DNA of 64,000 nt from an uncultured delta proteobacterium (GTDB taxonomy: Bacteria; Myxococcota_A; Polyangia; Fen-1088). Location of the stretch: contig CAVYGB010000002.1 of NCBI GenBank assembly GCA_963767925.1, positions 1,184,001 through 1,248,000 of the forward strand, written 5' to 3'. Under the pieces are notes generated by a model that had not been told where the DNA came from, ran no database searches, and saw only the letters and a program-made list of their open reading frames with translations. Below, in pieces: positions 17,866 through 28,500 of the stretch. Within the stretch, counting starts at the first letter, position 1; each line of letters starts with the position of its first letter. The position numbers and the translations under genes were made by a program.

Positions 17866-19116
17866 TCACTTCGGCAGCACGGGGACGAAGGTGCCGGCGG
17901 CCAGCGCGGTGACGCCGGGCTCGACGACGAGGAAGGCGTCGGCCGCGGCCAGTGACGCGAGATCGCCCGAGCCCTGCGAGACCACCGGCCGGACGCCGGG
18001 CGGCCCGGGGCTGCCCGCCGGGTCGGCCGGCTCGAGGCGAGCGGGCGCGAACACGGTGAGCGGCAGCTTGCGCTGCGCGTAGTCACCGCGCAGCCGCGCG
18101 CAGAGCAGCGCCAGCGGCGCCACCCCGCGCCGACCACCGGCGAGCTCGAGCGCCGGGCGGGCGAACAGCTCGAAGGTCACCAGCGCCGACAGCGGGTTGC
18201 CCGGCAGCCCGAAGAACGGTTTTTCTCCCACGAACCCGAAGACCAGCGGCCGCCCGGGCCGGATGTCGACGGCGTCGAACACGATCCGGGCCGACAGGCG
18301 GGCCAGGGCCGGCTCGACGTGGTCGTGTTTGCCCATCGAGACGCCGCCGCTGACCAGCACGAGGTCGGCCGCCGCCACCGCCTCGGCCAGGCGGTCCTCG
18401 ATGGCCGCGAGATCGTCGCGGACGACGGGAAAAGGGACCACCTCGCCCCCCGCCCGAACGATCTGTGCCGCGAGCGCATGGCGGTTCGAGTCGCGGATCT
18501 GGCTGCCGGTGGGCGTCTCGTCGACCCCCACCAGCTCGTCCCCGGTCGACAGCACCGCCACCTTCGGCCGGGCGAACACCGCCGGGCGGGCGCAGCCCAG
18601 CGCCGCCAGCAGGCCGACGGTCGACGGGTCGATCACCTGCCCCGCCGCCAGGGCCAGCGCCCCCGCCGCCAGCTCGCTGCCCCGGGGCACCACGTTTTCA
18701 CCGGGGCCCACCGCCCGCCGGATCAGCACCTGCTCGGCGCGGGGCCGCTCGGTGTGCTCCACCATGACCACCGCGTCGGCCCCCTCGGGCAAGGGCGCGC
18801 CGGTCATGATCTCGATGCAGCTCCCCGGCCCCAGCGTCCCCTGCCAGACACCGCCGGCCGCCGCCTCCCCCCGCACCGCCAGGGTCACGCCCGCCGCCGC
18901 CACCCCCGCCACGTCGGCGCTGCGGACCGCGAACCCGTCGCGGGTCGAGCGGTGAAAGGGCGGCTGATCGCGATTGGCGTGGACCGGCCGGGCCAGCACC
19001 CGCGCGAGCGCCTCGCCCAGGGGCACCTCCTGCGCGCGGGGCCCCGGCCCCCCGTCGCGGGCCCGGGTCACCTCCGCCACCACCTTGGCCCGGGCCTCGG
19101 TCAGAGAAAGCGACAT
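17866..19116 (-). CDS. moeA: Molybdopterin molybdotransferase
   Basis: PPFHRSTRDGFAV, IMTGAPLPEGADAVVMVE, STGDEL, SGGVSMGKHD, GLPGNP. Confidence 0.96.
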   Translation of the reverse strand: MSLSLTEARAKVVAEVTRARDGGPGPRAQEVPLGEALARVLARPVHANRDQPPFHRSTRDGFAVRSADVAGVAAAGVTLAVRGEAAAGGVWQGTLGPGSCIEIMTGAPLPEGADAVVMVEHTERPRAEQVLIRRAVGPGENVVPRGSELAAGALALAAGQVIDPSTVGLLAALGCARPAVFARPKVAVLSTGDELVGVDETPTGSQIRDSNRHALAAQIVRAGGEVVPFPVVRDDLAAIEDRLAEAVAAADLVLVSGGVSMGKHDHVEPALARLSARIVFDAVDIRPGRPLVFGFVGEKPFFGLPGNPLSALVTFELFARPALELAGGRRGVAPLALLCARLRGDYAQRKLPLTVFAPARLEPADPAGSPGPPGVRPVVSQGSGDLASLAAADAFLVVEPGVTALAAGTFVPVLPK

Positions 19117-19195
19117 GGGCCGACTCTATAAACAAGGGAAACTGCGGTCGAGACCCGGCGGGCGGTTACACTGGCGTTTCGTTCAGCTTCCCCCC

Positions 19196-21742
19196 ATGCC
19201 CGCGCTCTCCCCTCCCGCCGATGCCAGCAGCGACGCCCTGCTGGGCGCCTTCCTCGACTACGTGCAGAGCCTCGGGATCGAGCTCTACCCCGCCCAGGAA
19301 GAGGCGGTCTTCGAGGTCCTCGCCGGCAAGCACCTGGTGTTGACCACCCCCACCGGCTCGGGCAAGTCGCTCGTCGCCACCGCCTTCCTCTTCAAGGCCC
19401 TGGCCGAGGGGCGGCGCGGCTTCTGGAGCTGCCCGGTCAAGGCCCTGGTCAACGAGAAGTTCTTCGACCTGTGCAACGCCTTCGGCCCCGAGCAGGTGGG
19501 CCTGCTGACCGGCGACGCCAGCGTCAACCGCGACGCCCCCATCCTGTGCGGCACCGCCGAGGTGCTGGCCAACATGGCCGTGCGCAGCCTGCGCTCGCCC
19601 GCCGACTACGTCGTGATGGACGAGTTCCACTACTACGCCGACCGGGACCGCGGCCTGGCCTGGCAGCTCCCGCTCATCACCCTCAAGGACACGACCTTCC
19701 TCCTGATGTCCGCCACCCTCGGCGACACCGTCCCCATCGAGCGCAGCCTGGAGGGCTTCAGCGGGCGGGAGGTGGCGGTGGTGCGCGGCATGACCCGCCC
19801 GGTGCCGCTCGACTTCGAGTACCGGGACACGCCCCTGCACGAGACCATCGCCGACCTCATCCGCCAGGGGCGGGCCCCCATCTACCTGGTCAACTTCACG
19901 CAGCGGGCCGCCGCCGAGGAGGTGCAGAACCTCATGAGCGTCGACCTGTCGAGCAAGCCGGAGAAGGAGGCCGTCAAGGAGGCCCTGCGCGGCGAGCGGT
20001 TCGCCAGCCCCTACGGCAAGGAGATGCAGAAGTTCCTGCGCCACGGCCTGGGGCTGCACCACGCCGGCCTGCTGCCCCGCTACCGGCGGCTGTGCGAGCG
20101 GCTGGCCCAGAAGGGCCTGCTCAAGGTCGTCAGCGGCACCGACACCCTGGGGGTGGGGGTCAACATCCCCATCCGCACCGTGCTGTTCACCCAGCTGTGC
20201 AAGTACGACGGCGAGAAGGACGTGTTGCTGTCGGTGCGCGAGCTCAAGCAGATCGCCGGTCGAGCCGGGCGCAAGGGGTTCGACGATCGGGGCTGGGTGG
20301 TGTCGCAGGCCCCCGAACACGTCATCGAGAACAAGCGCCTGGCCGCCAAGGCCGCCGGCGGCAAGAAGGTCCACAAGCAGAAGCCGCCCGACAAGGGCTA
20401 CGTCCACTGGGACAAGGGGACCTTCGACCGCCTGGTGGGCGGCACCCCCGAGCCGCTCGAGTCGCGCTTCGCCGTCAGCCACAGCCTGCTGCTGTCGCTG
20501 CTGCAGGGTGAGCAGGGCGACCCCCGCCGGGGCGGCGGCTACCGCCGGCTGCTCGACCTCATCGCCGTCAGCCACGAGAGCCCCACCGCCAAGCGCCGCT
20601 GGAAGCGCACCGCCGCCGAGGCCTTCCGCACCCTGCGCCGGGCCGGCCTGGTCGAGCTGGCCCGCGACGATCGCGCGCGCAACCCCTACCCGGTCCCCCA
20701 CTCCTCGCTCCAGCGCGACTTCTCCCTGCACCACACCCTGTCGCTCTATCTCGTCGACACGCTGGCCCTGCTCGACCCCGCGCTCGAGACCTACCCCCTC
20801 GACGTGCTGTCGCTGGTCGAGGCGGTGCTGGAGAACCCCCGCCCGGTGCTGATGGCCCAGCTCTCCCGCCTCAAGGATGAGACCATCCAGCGGCTCAAGG
20901 CCGAGGGGGTGGAGTACGAGCAGCGCATGGAGCAGCTCGAGGCGCTCGAGTGGCCCAAGCCCAACCGCGAGTTCATCTACGACACCTTCAACGCCTTCTC
21001 CGATCGCCACCCCTGGGTGGGCAGCGAGAACATCGCCCCCAAGTCGATCGCCCGCGAGATCCTCGAGCGCTTCACCAGCTTCGGCGAATACGTGCGCGAA
21101 TACGGCCTGCAGCGATCGGAGGGCGTGCTCCTGCGCTACCTCAGCGAGACCTACAAGGCGATGGCCCAGAGCGTGCCCGCCCGCTTCCGCAGCCCCGAGG
21201 TGGAGGAGCTGACCCTCACCCTGGGAAGCCTGGTGCGCGGCACCGACGCCAGCCTGCTCGAGGAGTGGGAGACCATGGTCGACCCCGACAGCAAGGCGCC
21301 GGCCGCCGCCGACGGCGAGGGGGCCCTGCCCGGCGGCCGCCCGCGCGAGGTGGCGCCGCTGGCCGACCCGCGCATCCTGGCCGCCCGGGTGCGCACCGAC
21401 CTTCACCGGCTGCTGGGCGCCCTGGCCCGCAAGGACTACGAGGAGGCGGTCATGGCCCTGCGCGCGCCGCTGGCCCCCGGCGACACGGAGTGGACCCCCG
21501 ACCGCATCGGCGCCGCCATGCTCCCGTTTTACGAGGACCACAGCCGCATCGTGACCACGCCCGCCGCCCGCCACCCCCGCCACACCGAGATGAAGCCGAT
21601 GGGCGATCGGGTCTGGGCGGTCGAGCAGCGCCTGATCGATCCCGAGGGCCACGACGACTGGGCCATCCACGCCACCGTCGATCTCAGCGCGGGCGTGCCC
21701 AACGACGGCCCCCTCATCCAGCTCGACCGGCTGGGCGTGTGA
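19196..21742 (+). CDS. Ski2-like DEAD/DEAH helicase with long C-terminal domain (DUF3516-like)
   Basis: PTGSGKS, DEFH, MSAT, HHAGLLP, TDTLGVGVN, QIAGRAGRKG. Confidence 0.92.
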   Translation: MPALSPPADASSDALLGAFLDYVQSLGIELYPAQEEAVFEVLAGKHLVLTTPTGSGKSLVATAFLFKALAEGRRGFWSCPVKALVNEKFFDLCNAFGPEQVGLLTGDASVNRDAPILCGTAEVLANMAVRSLRSPADYVVMDEFHYYADRDRGLAWQLPLITLKDTTFLLMSATLGDTVPIERSLEGFSGREVAVVRGMTRPVPLDFEYRDTPLHETIADLIRQGRAPIYLVNFTQRAAAEEVQNLMSVDLSSKPEKEAVKEALRGERFASPYGKEMQKFLRHGLGLHHAGLLPRYRRLCERLAQKGLLKVVSGTDTLGVGVNIPIRTVLFTQLCKYDGEKDVLLSVRELKQIAGRAGRKGFDDRGWVVSQAPEHVIENKRLAAKAAGGKKVHKQKPPDKGYVHWDKGTFDRLVGGTPEPLESRFAVSHSLLLSLLQGEQGDPRRGGGYRRLLDLIAVSHESPTAKRRWKRTAAEAFRTLRRAGLVELARDDRARNPYPVPHSSLQRDFSLHHTLSLYLVDTLALLDPALETYPLDVLSLVEAVLENPRPVLMAQLSRLKDETIQRLKAEGVEYEQRMEQLEALEWPKPNREFIYDTFNAFSDRHPWVGSENIAPKSIAREILERFTSFGEYVREYGLQRSEGVLLRYLSETYKAMAQSVPARFRSPEVEELTLTLGSLVRGTDASLLEEWETMVDPDSKAPAAADGEGALPGGRPREVAPLADPRILAARVRTDLHRLLGALARKDYEEAVMALRAPLAPGDTEWTPDRIGAAMLPFYEDHSRIVTTPAARHPRHTEMKPMGDRVWAVEQRLIDPEGHDDWAIHATVDLSAGVPNDGPLIQLDRLGV

Positions 21743-21766
21743 CGCCCGGCCCGGGCCCGGCCTGCC

Positions 21767-22255
21767 TCACTCGTCGTCGTAAAACAGCGAATCGCGCTGG
21801 TCGAGGAACTCGGCGATGGCCGCCTTCGCCTCGGGCGTCAGGTTGACGAACTTCAGGCCCATGCCCTCGGGCGCGTCGGTGCGCATGGTGCGCGGATCCC
21901 GCACCCAGCGCACCTGCGCCTCGACGTCCATCGGCAAGTTGCGGCCGGGCAGCAAGAACTTGATGTGGATCCGGTCGCCCACCTCGTAGGTCACGCCGGT
22001 GGCCACGAAGATGCCACCCGAGCTGATATCGCGCGTCAGCCCGGTGTAGAAGTTGTGGTCGGATTCCATCCCGATCTCCACCTCCAGCTCGATCCGGCGG
22101 TTGGTCCGGCGGTTGTCGTGCTTGGGGGCGCCGTGGGATCCCGTCTGGGCGTGTGGCTGTGGCTGGGCCGGCGCCTGGGGGGGGGGCTGGGCCTGGGGTC
22201 GGGTCTGCGGCTCGGGAGAATCCTTCTGGGGAGCAACAAATCGATGGATGGCCAC
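21767..22255 (-). CDS. PilZ-domain protein (myxobacterial TIGR02266-like)
   Basis: RRTNRR (RxxxR), DISSGG (DxSxxG), VRWVR, GMGLKF, C-terminal RDSLFYDDE. Confidence 0.88.
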   Translation of the reverse strand: MAIHRFVAPQKDSPEPQTRPQAQPPPQAPAQPQPHAQTGSHGAPKHDNRRTNRRIELEVEIGMESDHNFYTGLTRDISSGGIFVATGVTYEVGDRIHIKFLLPGRNLPMDVEAQVRWVRDPRTMRTDAPEGMGLKFVNLTPEAKAAIAEFLDQRDSLFYDDE

Positions 22256-22287
22256 GCCGAAGAGATCGGCAGTCCGCCGGGACCTCT

Positions 22288-23826
22288 TTAGGTGGGGCCT
22301 CCGCGGTCTCCCTGGTCCCCGCGCGGGTGTTGTACAGCCCCGCGGTCGCGCTCCGCGCTCGCCGCCTGCGAGCTCTTCAGCACGAAGTCGACGTTCGGCG
22401 TGGTCCTGGCCTTCACGTAGATCTGATACGAGAAAAGCGTCTTGCTGACCGCGATGAGGGCCAGGTTGATCCGCAGCGCCGTCCGCCCCAGCAACCCGTC
22501 GCCGAGCGCCTTGGGGAAGGGCGCCGGCACCCCCTTGACCTCCTCGATGACGAAGCCGGCGTCGCGCAGCAGCCGCTGCAGCCCGCGGAAGGTGAACAGG
22601 CGAGTGTGGGTCCGGTCGAGGATCCCCTGCTTGCCGTAGTTGAACTGCCCGAACAGCAACATCAGCCGCTGCACCACGAAGGCCACGTTGGGCGTCGTCA
22701 GGACCATCGTCCGGTCGTTGTAGTCGAACTTGTCCCGCAGGCGATCGAGGAAGCGCTCGGGATCGCGCAGGTGCTCGATCACGTCGAGCAGCAGGAGGAA
22801 CCGTAGGGCGACACCTCGAAGCCGAGCTCGTCCTCCAGGTCCTGGACGTGGACCTTCACCCCGTTGGTCGCCCCCGGCGCGGGGAAGCGATCGACCACCG
22901 CCACCTGGCAGCCCTTGCGGGCCAGCTCGCCGGCGATCCCCGCCGGCCCCGCGCCGATGTCGAGCACCGAGGCCCCCGCCGGAACGGCGTCCAGCGCGTA
23001 GCTGTGGCTGCTGGCGTAGCCGAGCTTCAGGTCGTAGTGGCTGTTGTCCTGGGCGTCGGTGTCGAAGCGACGCTGGTAGAGGATCTGCGACCGGTGCAGG
23101 ACGTTCTGCAGGGTCGCCAGCACGACGTCCTTGGCGTACTTCATGCCGTTGACCCGGGAGATCTCGTCCCCGTAGTAGGTGGGGATCGGCTTTTCCAGGA
23201 TGCGCCCGCCGGCGTTGAGCACCTGGATGATGATCTCGGTGTCGAAGTGAAAGTCGTTGGAGTTGAGGCGGAAGGGGATCCGCCGCAGCAGCGCCACCGA
23301 GTAGACCCGGTAGCCGCTGTGGAACTCGGACAGCTTCGTGCGCAGCAGCCGGTTCTGGATGGTGCTGAGGATCTTGTTGCCGACGTACTTGTAGAGCGGC
23401 ATCCCGCCCCTGCAGGGCCCCGAAGCGATCCATCATGCGGCTGCCGAACACCGCGTCCGCCTCCCCATCGCGCAGCGGCGCCACCAGCCCCGGCAGCTCC
23501 TCGGGCGCGTATTGCCCGTCGCCGTGGACCATGGCCACGAAGTCGAACCCGCGCGCGATGGCGAACGAGTAGCCGACCTTCTGGTTGCCCCCGTACCCCT
23601 GGTTGAAGGCGTTGCGCAGCACCGTCATGCGCATCTCCGGATGCGCCGCCCGGTACTCCTTGCCGATCTCGAAGGTGCGGTCCTCGGAGGCATCGTCGAC
23701 GACCAGGACCTCGCAGTCGTAGTCGTCGAACACGGAGCGGGGGATCCGCTCGAGGACCTGCGCGAGCGTCTTGTCCGCGTAATACGCGATGACGAACACG
23801 AGCAGGCGAGGCTTTTTCGGGGTCAC
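22288..23826 (-). CDS. GT2 glycosyltransferase fused to a class I SAM methyltransferase, frameshifts near 23405 and 22805
   Basis: VVDDASED, NQGYGG, VHGDGQY, EFHSGYR, FHFDTEII, then VLDIGAG, LLDVIEHL and GILDRTH. Confidence 0.85.
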   Translation of the reverse strand: MTPKKPRLLVFVIAYYADKTLAQVLERIPRSVFDDYDCEVLVVDDASEDRTFEIGKEYRAAHPEMRMTVLRNAFNQGYGGNQKVGYSFAIARGFDFVAMVHGDGQYAPEELPGLVAPLRDGEADAVFGSRMMDRFGALQGRDAALQVRRQQDPQHHPEPAAAHEAVRVPQRLPGLLGGAAAADPLPPQLQRLSLRHRDHHPGAQRRRAHPGKADPHLLRGRDLPGQRHEVRQGRRAGDPAERPAPVADPLPASLRHRRPGQQPLRPEARLRQQPQLRAGRRSGGGLGARHRRGAGGDRRRAGPQGLPGGGGRSLPRAGGDQRGEGPRPGPGGRARLRGVALRFLLLLDVIEHLRDPERFLDRLRDKFDYNDRTMVLTTPNVAFVVQRLMLLFGQFNYGKQGILDRTHTRLFTFRGLQRLLRDAGFVIEEVKGVPAPFPKALGDGLLGRTALRINLALIAVSKTLFSYQIYVKARTTPNVDFVLKSSQAASAERDRGAVQHPRGDQGDRGGPT

Positions 23827-23938
23827 GTTGGCCGGACCGACATATCACGAAAGTGGCCCCCGCACCGCTGGGTAGCCACGTCTCTTCGGGAAATTCGGCG
23901 CCCCGCGCCGGAGATCCGGGGCGTGCGCCCGGTCCGAG

Positions 23939-24042
<104 letters not shown>

Positions 24043-24067
24043 TCGCCGAATCTCCGGCAGCAGGCCG

Positions 24068-24685
24068 TCAAACCTCGGACAGCGCCAGCAGCGCGGGCCC
24101 GGCCGCCGAGCCGCCCACCTGGTAGCGGTTCCCGCAGCGCCCGCAGGTCAGGGCCGCCCCCGGCGCCTGGGCCGCCGCCGGAGGCAACACCTCCCCACAC
24201 CGGCACACCCACCCCGACAAGCGCCCCGGCACCCCCAGCACCAGCGCATGCGCCGGCACATCCCGGGTCACCACGGCACCCGCCCCCACCAGCGCAAACG
24301 CCCCCACCGTCACCCCACACACCACGGTCGCGTTGGCCCCGATGCTCGCCCCCCGCCCCACCCGCGTCTCCGCGTACGCCTCCTTGCGGTTGACGAACGC
24401 CCGCGGGTTGACGACGTTGGTGAACACCGCCGAGGGCCCCACGAACACGTCGTCCTCCAGCACGACAGCGTCGTAGACCGAGACGTTGTTCTGGATCTTG
24501 CACCCCGCCCCCACCACCGCCCGCCCCCCCACGAACACGTTCTGCCCCAGCGAGCACCCCGCCCCGACCCGCGCCCCGGTCATCACATGACAGAAGTGCC
24601 AGATCTTCGTGCCTGGTCCGATCTCGGCAGGAAGGTCTATAATCGCGCTGGGGTGAGCCCAGTAGTCACCGCCGCTGTCTCCCAT
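24068..24685 (-). CDS. Hexapeptide-repeat N-acetyltransferase, WbpD/WlbB-like
   Basis: HPSAIID, IWHFCHV, KIQNNVSVY, VFTNVVNPR, SIGANAT, GVPGR, C-terminal CxC...CxxC. Confidence 0.88.
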   Translation of the reverse strand: MGDSGGDYWAHPSAIIDLPAEIGPGTKIWHFCHVMTGARVGAGCSLGQNVFVGGRAVVGAGCKIQNNVSVYDAVVLEDDVFVGPSAVFTNVVNPRAFVNRKEAYAETRVGRGASIGANATVVCGVTVGAFALVGAGAVVTRDVPAHALVLGVPGRLSGWVCRCGEVLPPAAAQAPGAALTCGRCGNRYQVGGSAAGPALLALSEV

Positions 24686-24741
24686 GAACAAGCCTACCGC
24701 GCGGGCGCCGCTGGCGTAAACCGGCCCCGGGGAGTTGAGCC

Positions 24742-27101
24742 ATGAAATCCGAATCCGCCTCCGCCTCCCCGAAGGCCAGAGCTGCCACCAGCCGCTTCTG
24801 GCGCCGCTTCACCCAGTACGCGATGCTCGTCATCGTCCTGGGCGCCCCCCTCCTGTTCGGAGGCGGCCCCACCTGGGTGCAGGCCACCCTGTCGTCCGCC
24901 GCCATGCTGGTCGCCCTGGCCTGGGTAATCTCCCGCAACGGCGAAGTGGTCGGCGTCCCCTTCGCCGGCGTCGCCGCCCTCGCCGTCCTGGTGACCCTCG
25001 TGCAGCTCGTGCCCCTGCCCGCCGGCCTGGTGGGCCTCCTGTCCCCCCGCGCCCTCGAGCTGCGCAGCGAAGCCGCCGGCACCGCGGTGGCGTTCTTGCC
25101 CCTGACCCTCGACGTGCCCGGCACCCTGCTGGCCGCGCTCAAGGGGATGGCCTGCCTGGCCATCCTGCTGGTTGGCGCCAGCGCCACCCACTCGCGCGGT
25201 CGCAGCGGCACCTTCGCCCTGGCCCTGGTGTTCGTCGGCGGCGCCGTGGCCCTGCTGTCGATCGTGCAGCGCACCCTGGGGATCGGCGAGATCTACGGCT
25301 TTTACAAGGTGGCCGACATGCCCGGCTCGGGCGTCTTCGGATCCTTCGTCAGCGGCAACCACGCCGCCTCCCTGTTCACCCTCGGCGGCCTGCTCGCCAT
25401 CGGCTGCGCCCGCGAGACCGAGGGGACCCTCAAGGGCGCCGTCGGCGTGGCCGGCCTGCTGTGTGCGGTGGGCCTGGTCAGCACCGGCTCGCGCGGCGGC
25501 GTCATGGGCGCCGCCGCCGCCCTGCTGGTGATGGCCATCCTGTGGCTCGCCCAGCGCTTCGGCCGCAACGTCGCCGTCGGCGCCGGCGCCGGCCTGCTGG
25601 TGGTGGGCCTGCCCTCCGCCCTCCTGCTCGCCCTCGGCCTGCGCGGCCAGGTCCACGGCGGCACCGTGGACGCGATCCTCAGCGGACAGAAGGTGCGCGG
25701 CTGGCTCGACGGCCTCGCCCTCACCGCCGAGTTCCCCTGGACCGGCGTGGGCCGGGGCGCCTTCGAGGCCCCCGCCACCGCCTACCGGGTCAACCCCGAG
25801 TCCATGCGCCTGGTGTTCCCCGAGAACATCCTGGTCCAGCTCATGTCCGAGTGGGGCATCCCGATCGCCCTGGCCCTCATCGCCCTGTTCGTCGCCACCG
25901 CCGTCACCGTCGCCCGCCGCATCAGCCGCTGGGAGCCGGTGTTCCAGGCCGCCGCCTGCGCCGTCCTGGCCATCGTCGTCCACGAGCTGGCCGACTTCGG
26001 CCTGGAAGTCCCCGGCGTCGCCTTCCCGACCGCCCTGGTCCTCGGCCTCGTCGCCGGCCGCCTGCAGGTCTCCCGCTCCGCCGCCCCCAGCGAGCAGCCC
26101 GCCCGCCTCCGCTGGCCCATCGCCGCCCCCGCCATGGCCGTCGGCCTCGCCCTCGCCGCCGCCAGCCCCTGGGCCACCCGCCACACCCTGGAAGCCGACG
26201 GCGAACGCGCCGCCGCCCTCACCGCCGCCGCCGCCCCCACCGCCGCCGCCGACGCCCGCGCCTCCATCGCGCGCCACCCCGCCGACTACTACTCCGAGAT
26301 GATCGCCGCCGAGGGCGAACGCCCCACCCGCTCCCCCGCCGGCCTCAAACACCTCAACCGCGCCCAACGCCTCTTCCCCGGCTCCCACGCCCCCCACCTC
26401 GAAGCCGGCCGCTACCTCATGTCCCTCGGCCGCGCGTCGCAGGCGGCCCTGGAGTATCGGCTGGCGGCGGAGCGGGGGGCGGTGATGGACAACTACGATC
26501 TTCTCGCGAGGGTTGGTTTCAAGAATCTGGAGAACGCCGTCCCGCGGCGCCCGGACGCTCTGCATGAAGCTCGGGCACTTCCTGGCGGGTCACCGCGCGT
26601 CCAGGAGGCCGACGCCGCCACCGCCCGCGCCGTCGAGCTGGCCGGCGGCGACGAAGCGAGCCGCATGGAGCGCCTGCAGGTCGCTCTGTCCACGCGGGAC
26701 CGCGCGTTCACGCAGCCGGGCCGCCACCGAGCCTGAGCCGGGTCGCGAGCAGCGCGCGCGCCCTGGAGCTGGCCGCCGAAGGCCTGGCCACCGGTGGCGA
26801 CCTTCCGGCCGCCCGCACCCTCCTTCGGCGCGCGATGGAGAACCACCCCTCCGACGGGTCGCTCGTCCTCCGGGCCGCGCGCATCCAGTTCCAGCACGGC
26901 GACCTGACCGGCGCCCGCGACCTCCTGGTCGGACCCTCCATCGCGAGCTTCCCGCTGGCCGACCGGGTCGCCGCCGAGCAACTCCTCGCCGACATCGCCG
27001 TCAAGGAAGGCCAACCCGACATGGCCAAGGCCGCCCGCGTCCGGGCCCGCATGCTGGGCCGTCTGATCCAGGACGGCATTCCGCGCACGCAGAACCCCTG
27101 A
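24742..27101 (+). CDS. O-antigen ligase family membrane protein with helical (TPR-like) C-terminus, frameshifted after ~26570
   Basis: Multi-TM; GSFVSGNHAA, TGSRGG, PWTGVGRGAF, PENILVQLMSEWG; Ala-rich helical tail continues in alternative frames to 27101. Confidence 0.82.
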
Positions 27102-27257
27102 GCCGCACGCCTCGGCAACACCGGGGTGCGCAGGCGACCGATCTCTCGGCATTCGGTTCGAAGGGAAGACACCGCCCCATGTGTGCGGCCATTGTCGATG
27201 AATCCCGAATCTCGAACGACCCATGCGCTAAGATCGTATCGAGGGCGGAGGGGGAGC

Positions 27258-28400
27258 ATGCGACACGGCGGGCGTTATCTGACATCGAGCGGCCGAGGGC
27301 GGGGGTTGCTGCTGCTCCTGCTCACGGTATCGGTGGCGTGTGAGGACGGAATCCCCACCCGTCCAGATGCCAGAGCCGATGGGTCGCGTGACACGGCCAC
27401 GGACCGAACGGCCGATCGGCCCCTCGACGGGCTGGTGGTGGATGCGCCTCCGGATGCGAGCGCCGACGCGTTCCTCGACGCCGCCGACGCCCTACCGGAC
27501 GCGCCGATCGATCTGGCGACGGACGTCGCGGTTGATCTGGGCGGCGACGTCCCGGTGGACGCGCCACCGGATACTACGTCCGATCTTCAACCCGATCTGC
27601 CCACGGATCAGCCCGTCGACCAGACGATCGATCTCCCGGCCGACCTGCGGGCCGACACGCCAGCGGATGTCGGCCAGGAGGCCGGTGCGTGCGTGGGCCC
27701 ACCGGTCGTGATCCCCCCGGGAACCCTCCAGAAGAGCGCCTTTATATCCATCTCGCGCGAGGTGGCCATCGCGCACGGATGCTCGCGGTTCGATGAGCTC
27801 GACACTCCCGCGGTGGGTCCCTTCACACTGACCACGCCGCAGCGGTTGGTCATGTTTCAGGCCCACAATCTGGCTCCGACGACCTACACCGCTGCGGTCA
27901 GCGCGGGCTGCTCCTTCACCCAACCCCCGATCGCCGGGGGAACGAGGAGGTGCATTCATACCGTCGTGGATCTCACCCCGGGCGACTACGCCATCCTGGC
28001 CTGCGAGACCACGGATCGGTATAGCTACTTCCTGGAGCCGGTCCCCACCACGACGGCGACCAACACGAATTGCGCGGGAGCGATAGATCCGATCGCCGGC
28101 CACTCCGAGCCACGGGTCGTCGACGGAAATGACCGTTACTACACCTTCACCTTGAACCAGCCTTCCGCCCCGCAGGTAATCTTTGGACAGATGGAAGGCG
28201 ATGAGCCGAGCGTGTCCATTCGTACGGATTGCGGCGACCCGGCTACCGAGGTCTTCGCAGGGCCGGCCTACTTTTGCCTTCCCTGGTCGTCGTATTGGAT
28301 GAACACGACCCAGCTTCCGGCTGGCACGTACAGCCTTATCGTGAGCCGGATAAGCAGAGGAACGAAGTACTTTATCGGCGTGGACCCGAACGAGCCGTAG
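27258..28400 (+). CDS. Lipoprotein with Asp/Pro-rich linker and two small Cys-containing beta domains
   Basis: GGGGAG RBS, LLLLLLTVSVA-C lipobox, repeated DxPxD units, LTPGDYAI and LPAGTYSLIV (PPC-like). Confidence 0.7.
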   Translation: MRHGGRYLTSSGRGRGLLLLLLTVSVACEDGIPTRPDARADGSRDTATDRTADRPLDGLVVDAPPDASADAFLDAADALPDAPIDLATDVAVDLGGDVPVDAPPDTTSDLQPDLPTDQPVDQTIDLPADLRADTPADVGQEAGACVGPPVVIPPGTLQKSAFISISREVAIAHGCSRFDELDTPAVGPFTLTTPQRLVMFQAHNLAPTTYTAAVSAGCSFTQPPIAGGTRRCIHTVVDLTPGDYAILACETTDRYSYFLEPVPTTTATNTNCAGAIDPIAGHSEPRVVDGNDRYYTFTLNQPSAPQVIFGQMEGDEPSVSIRTDCGDPATEVFAGPAYFCLPWSSYWMNTTQLPAGTYSLIVSRISRGTKYFIGVDPNEP

Positions 28401-28500
28401 GCCCAGCTTGTCGGCGGCCCGCGGCCGCGGGAAGGATTCTGGCGTCAGCTCAAATCGGGCGGGCGATGCGCGCTCTGTCGGTGAGGAGCCCCCTCCAGAC

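Noticed and set aside
19117..19195. Moco riboswitch upstream of moeA
   Set aside because: The spacer is only ~80 bp, is shared with a divergent gene and shows no recognisable structure.
19166..21670. 834-aa minus-strand ORF
   Set aside because: Antisense shadow of the helicase.
19196..21742. Helicase as an anti-phage defence gene
   Set aside because: Housekeeping context and host-like codon usage; no nuclease or partner genes.
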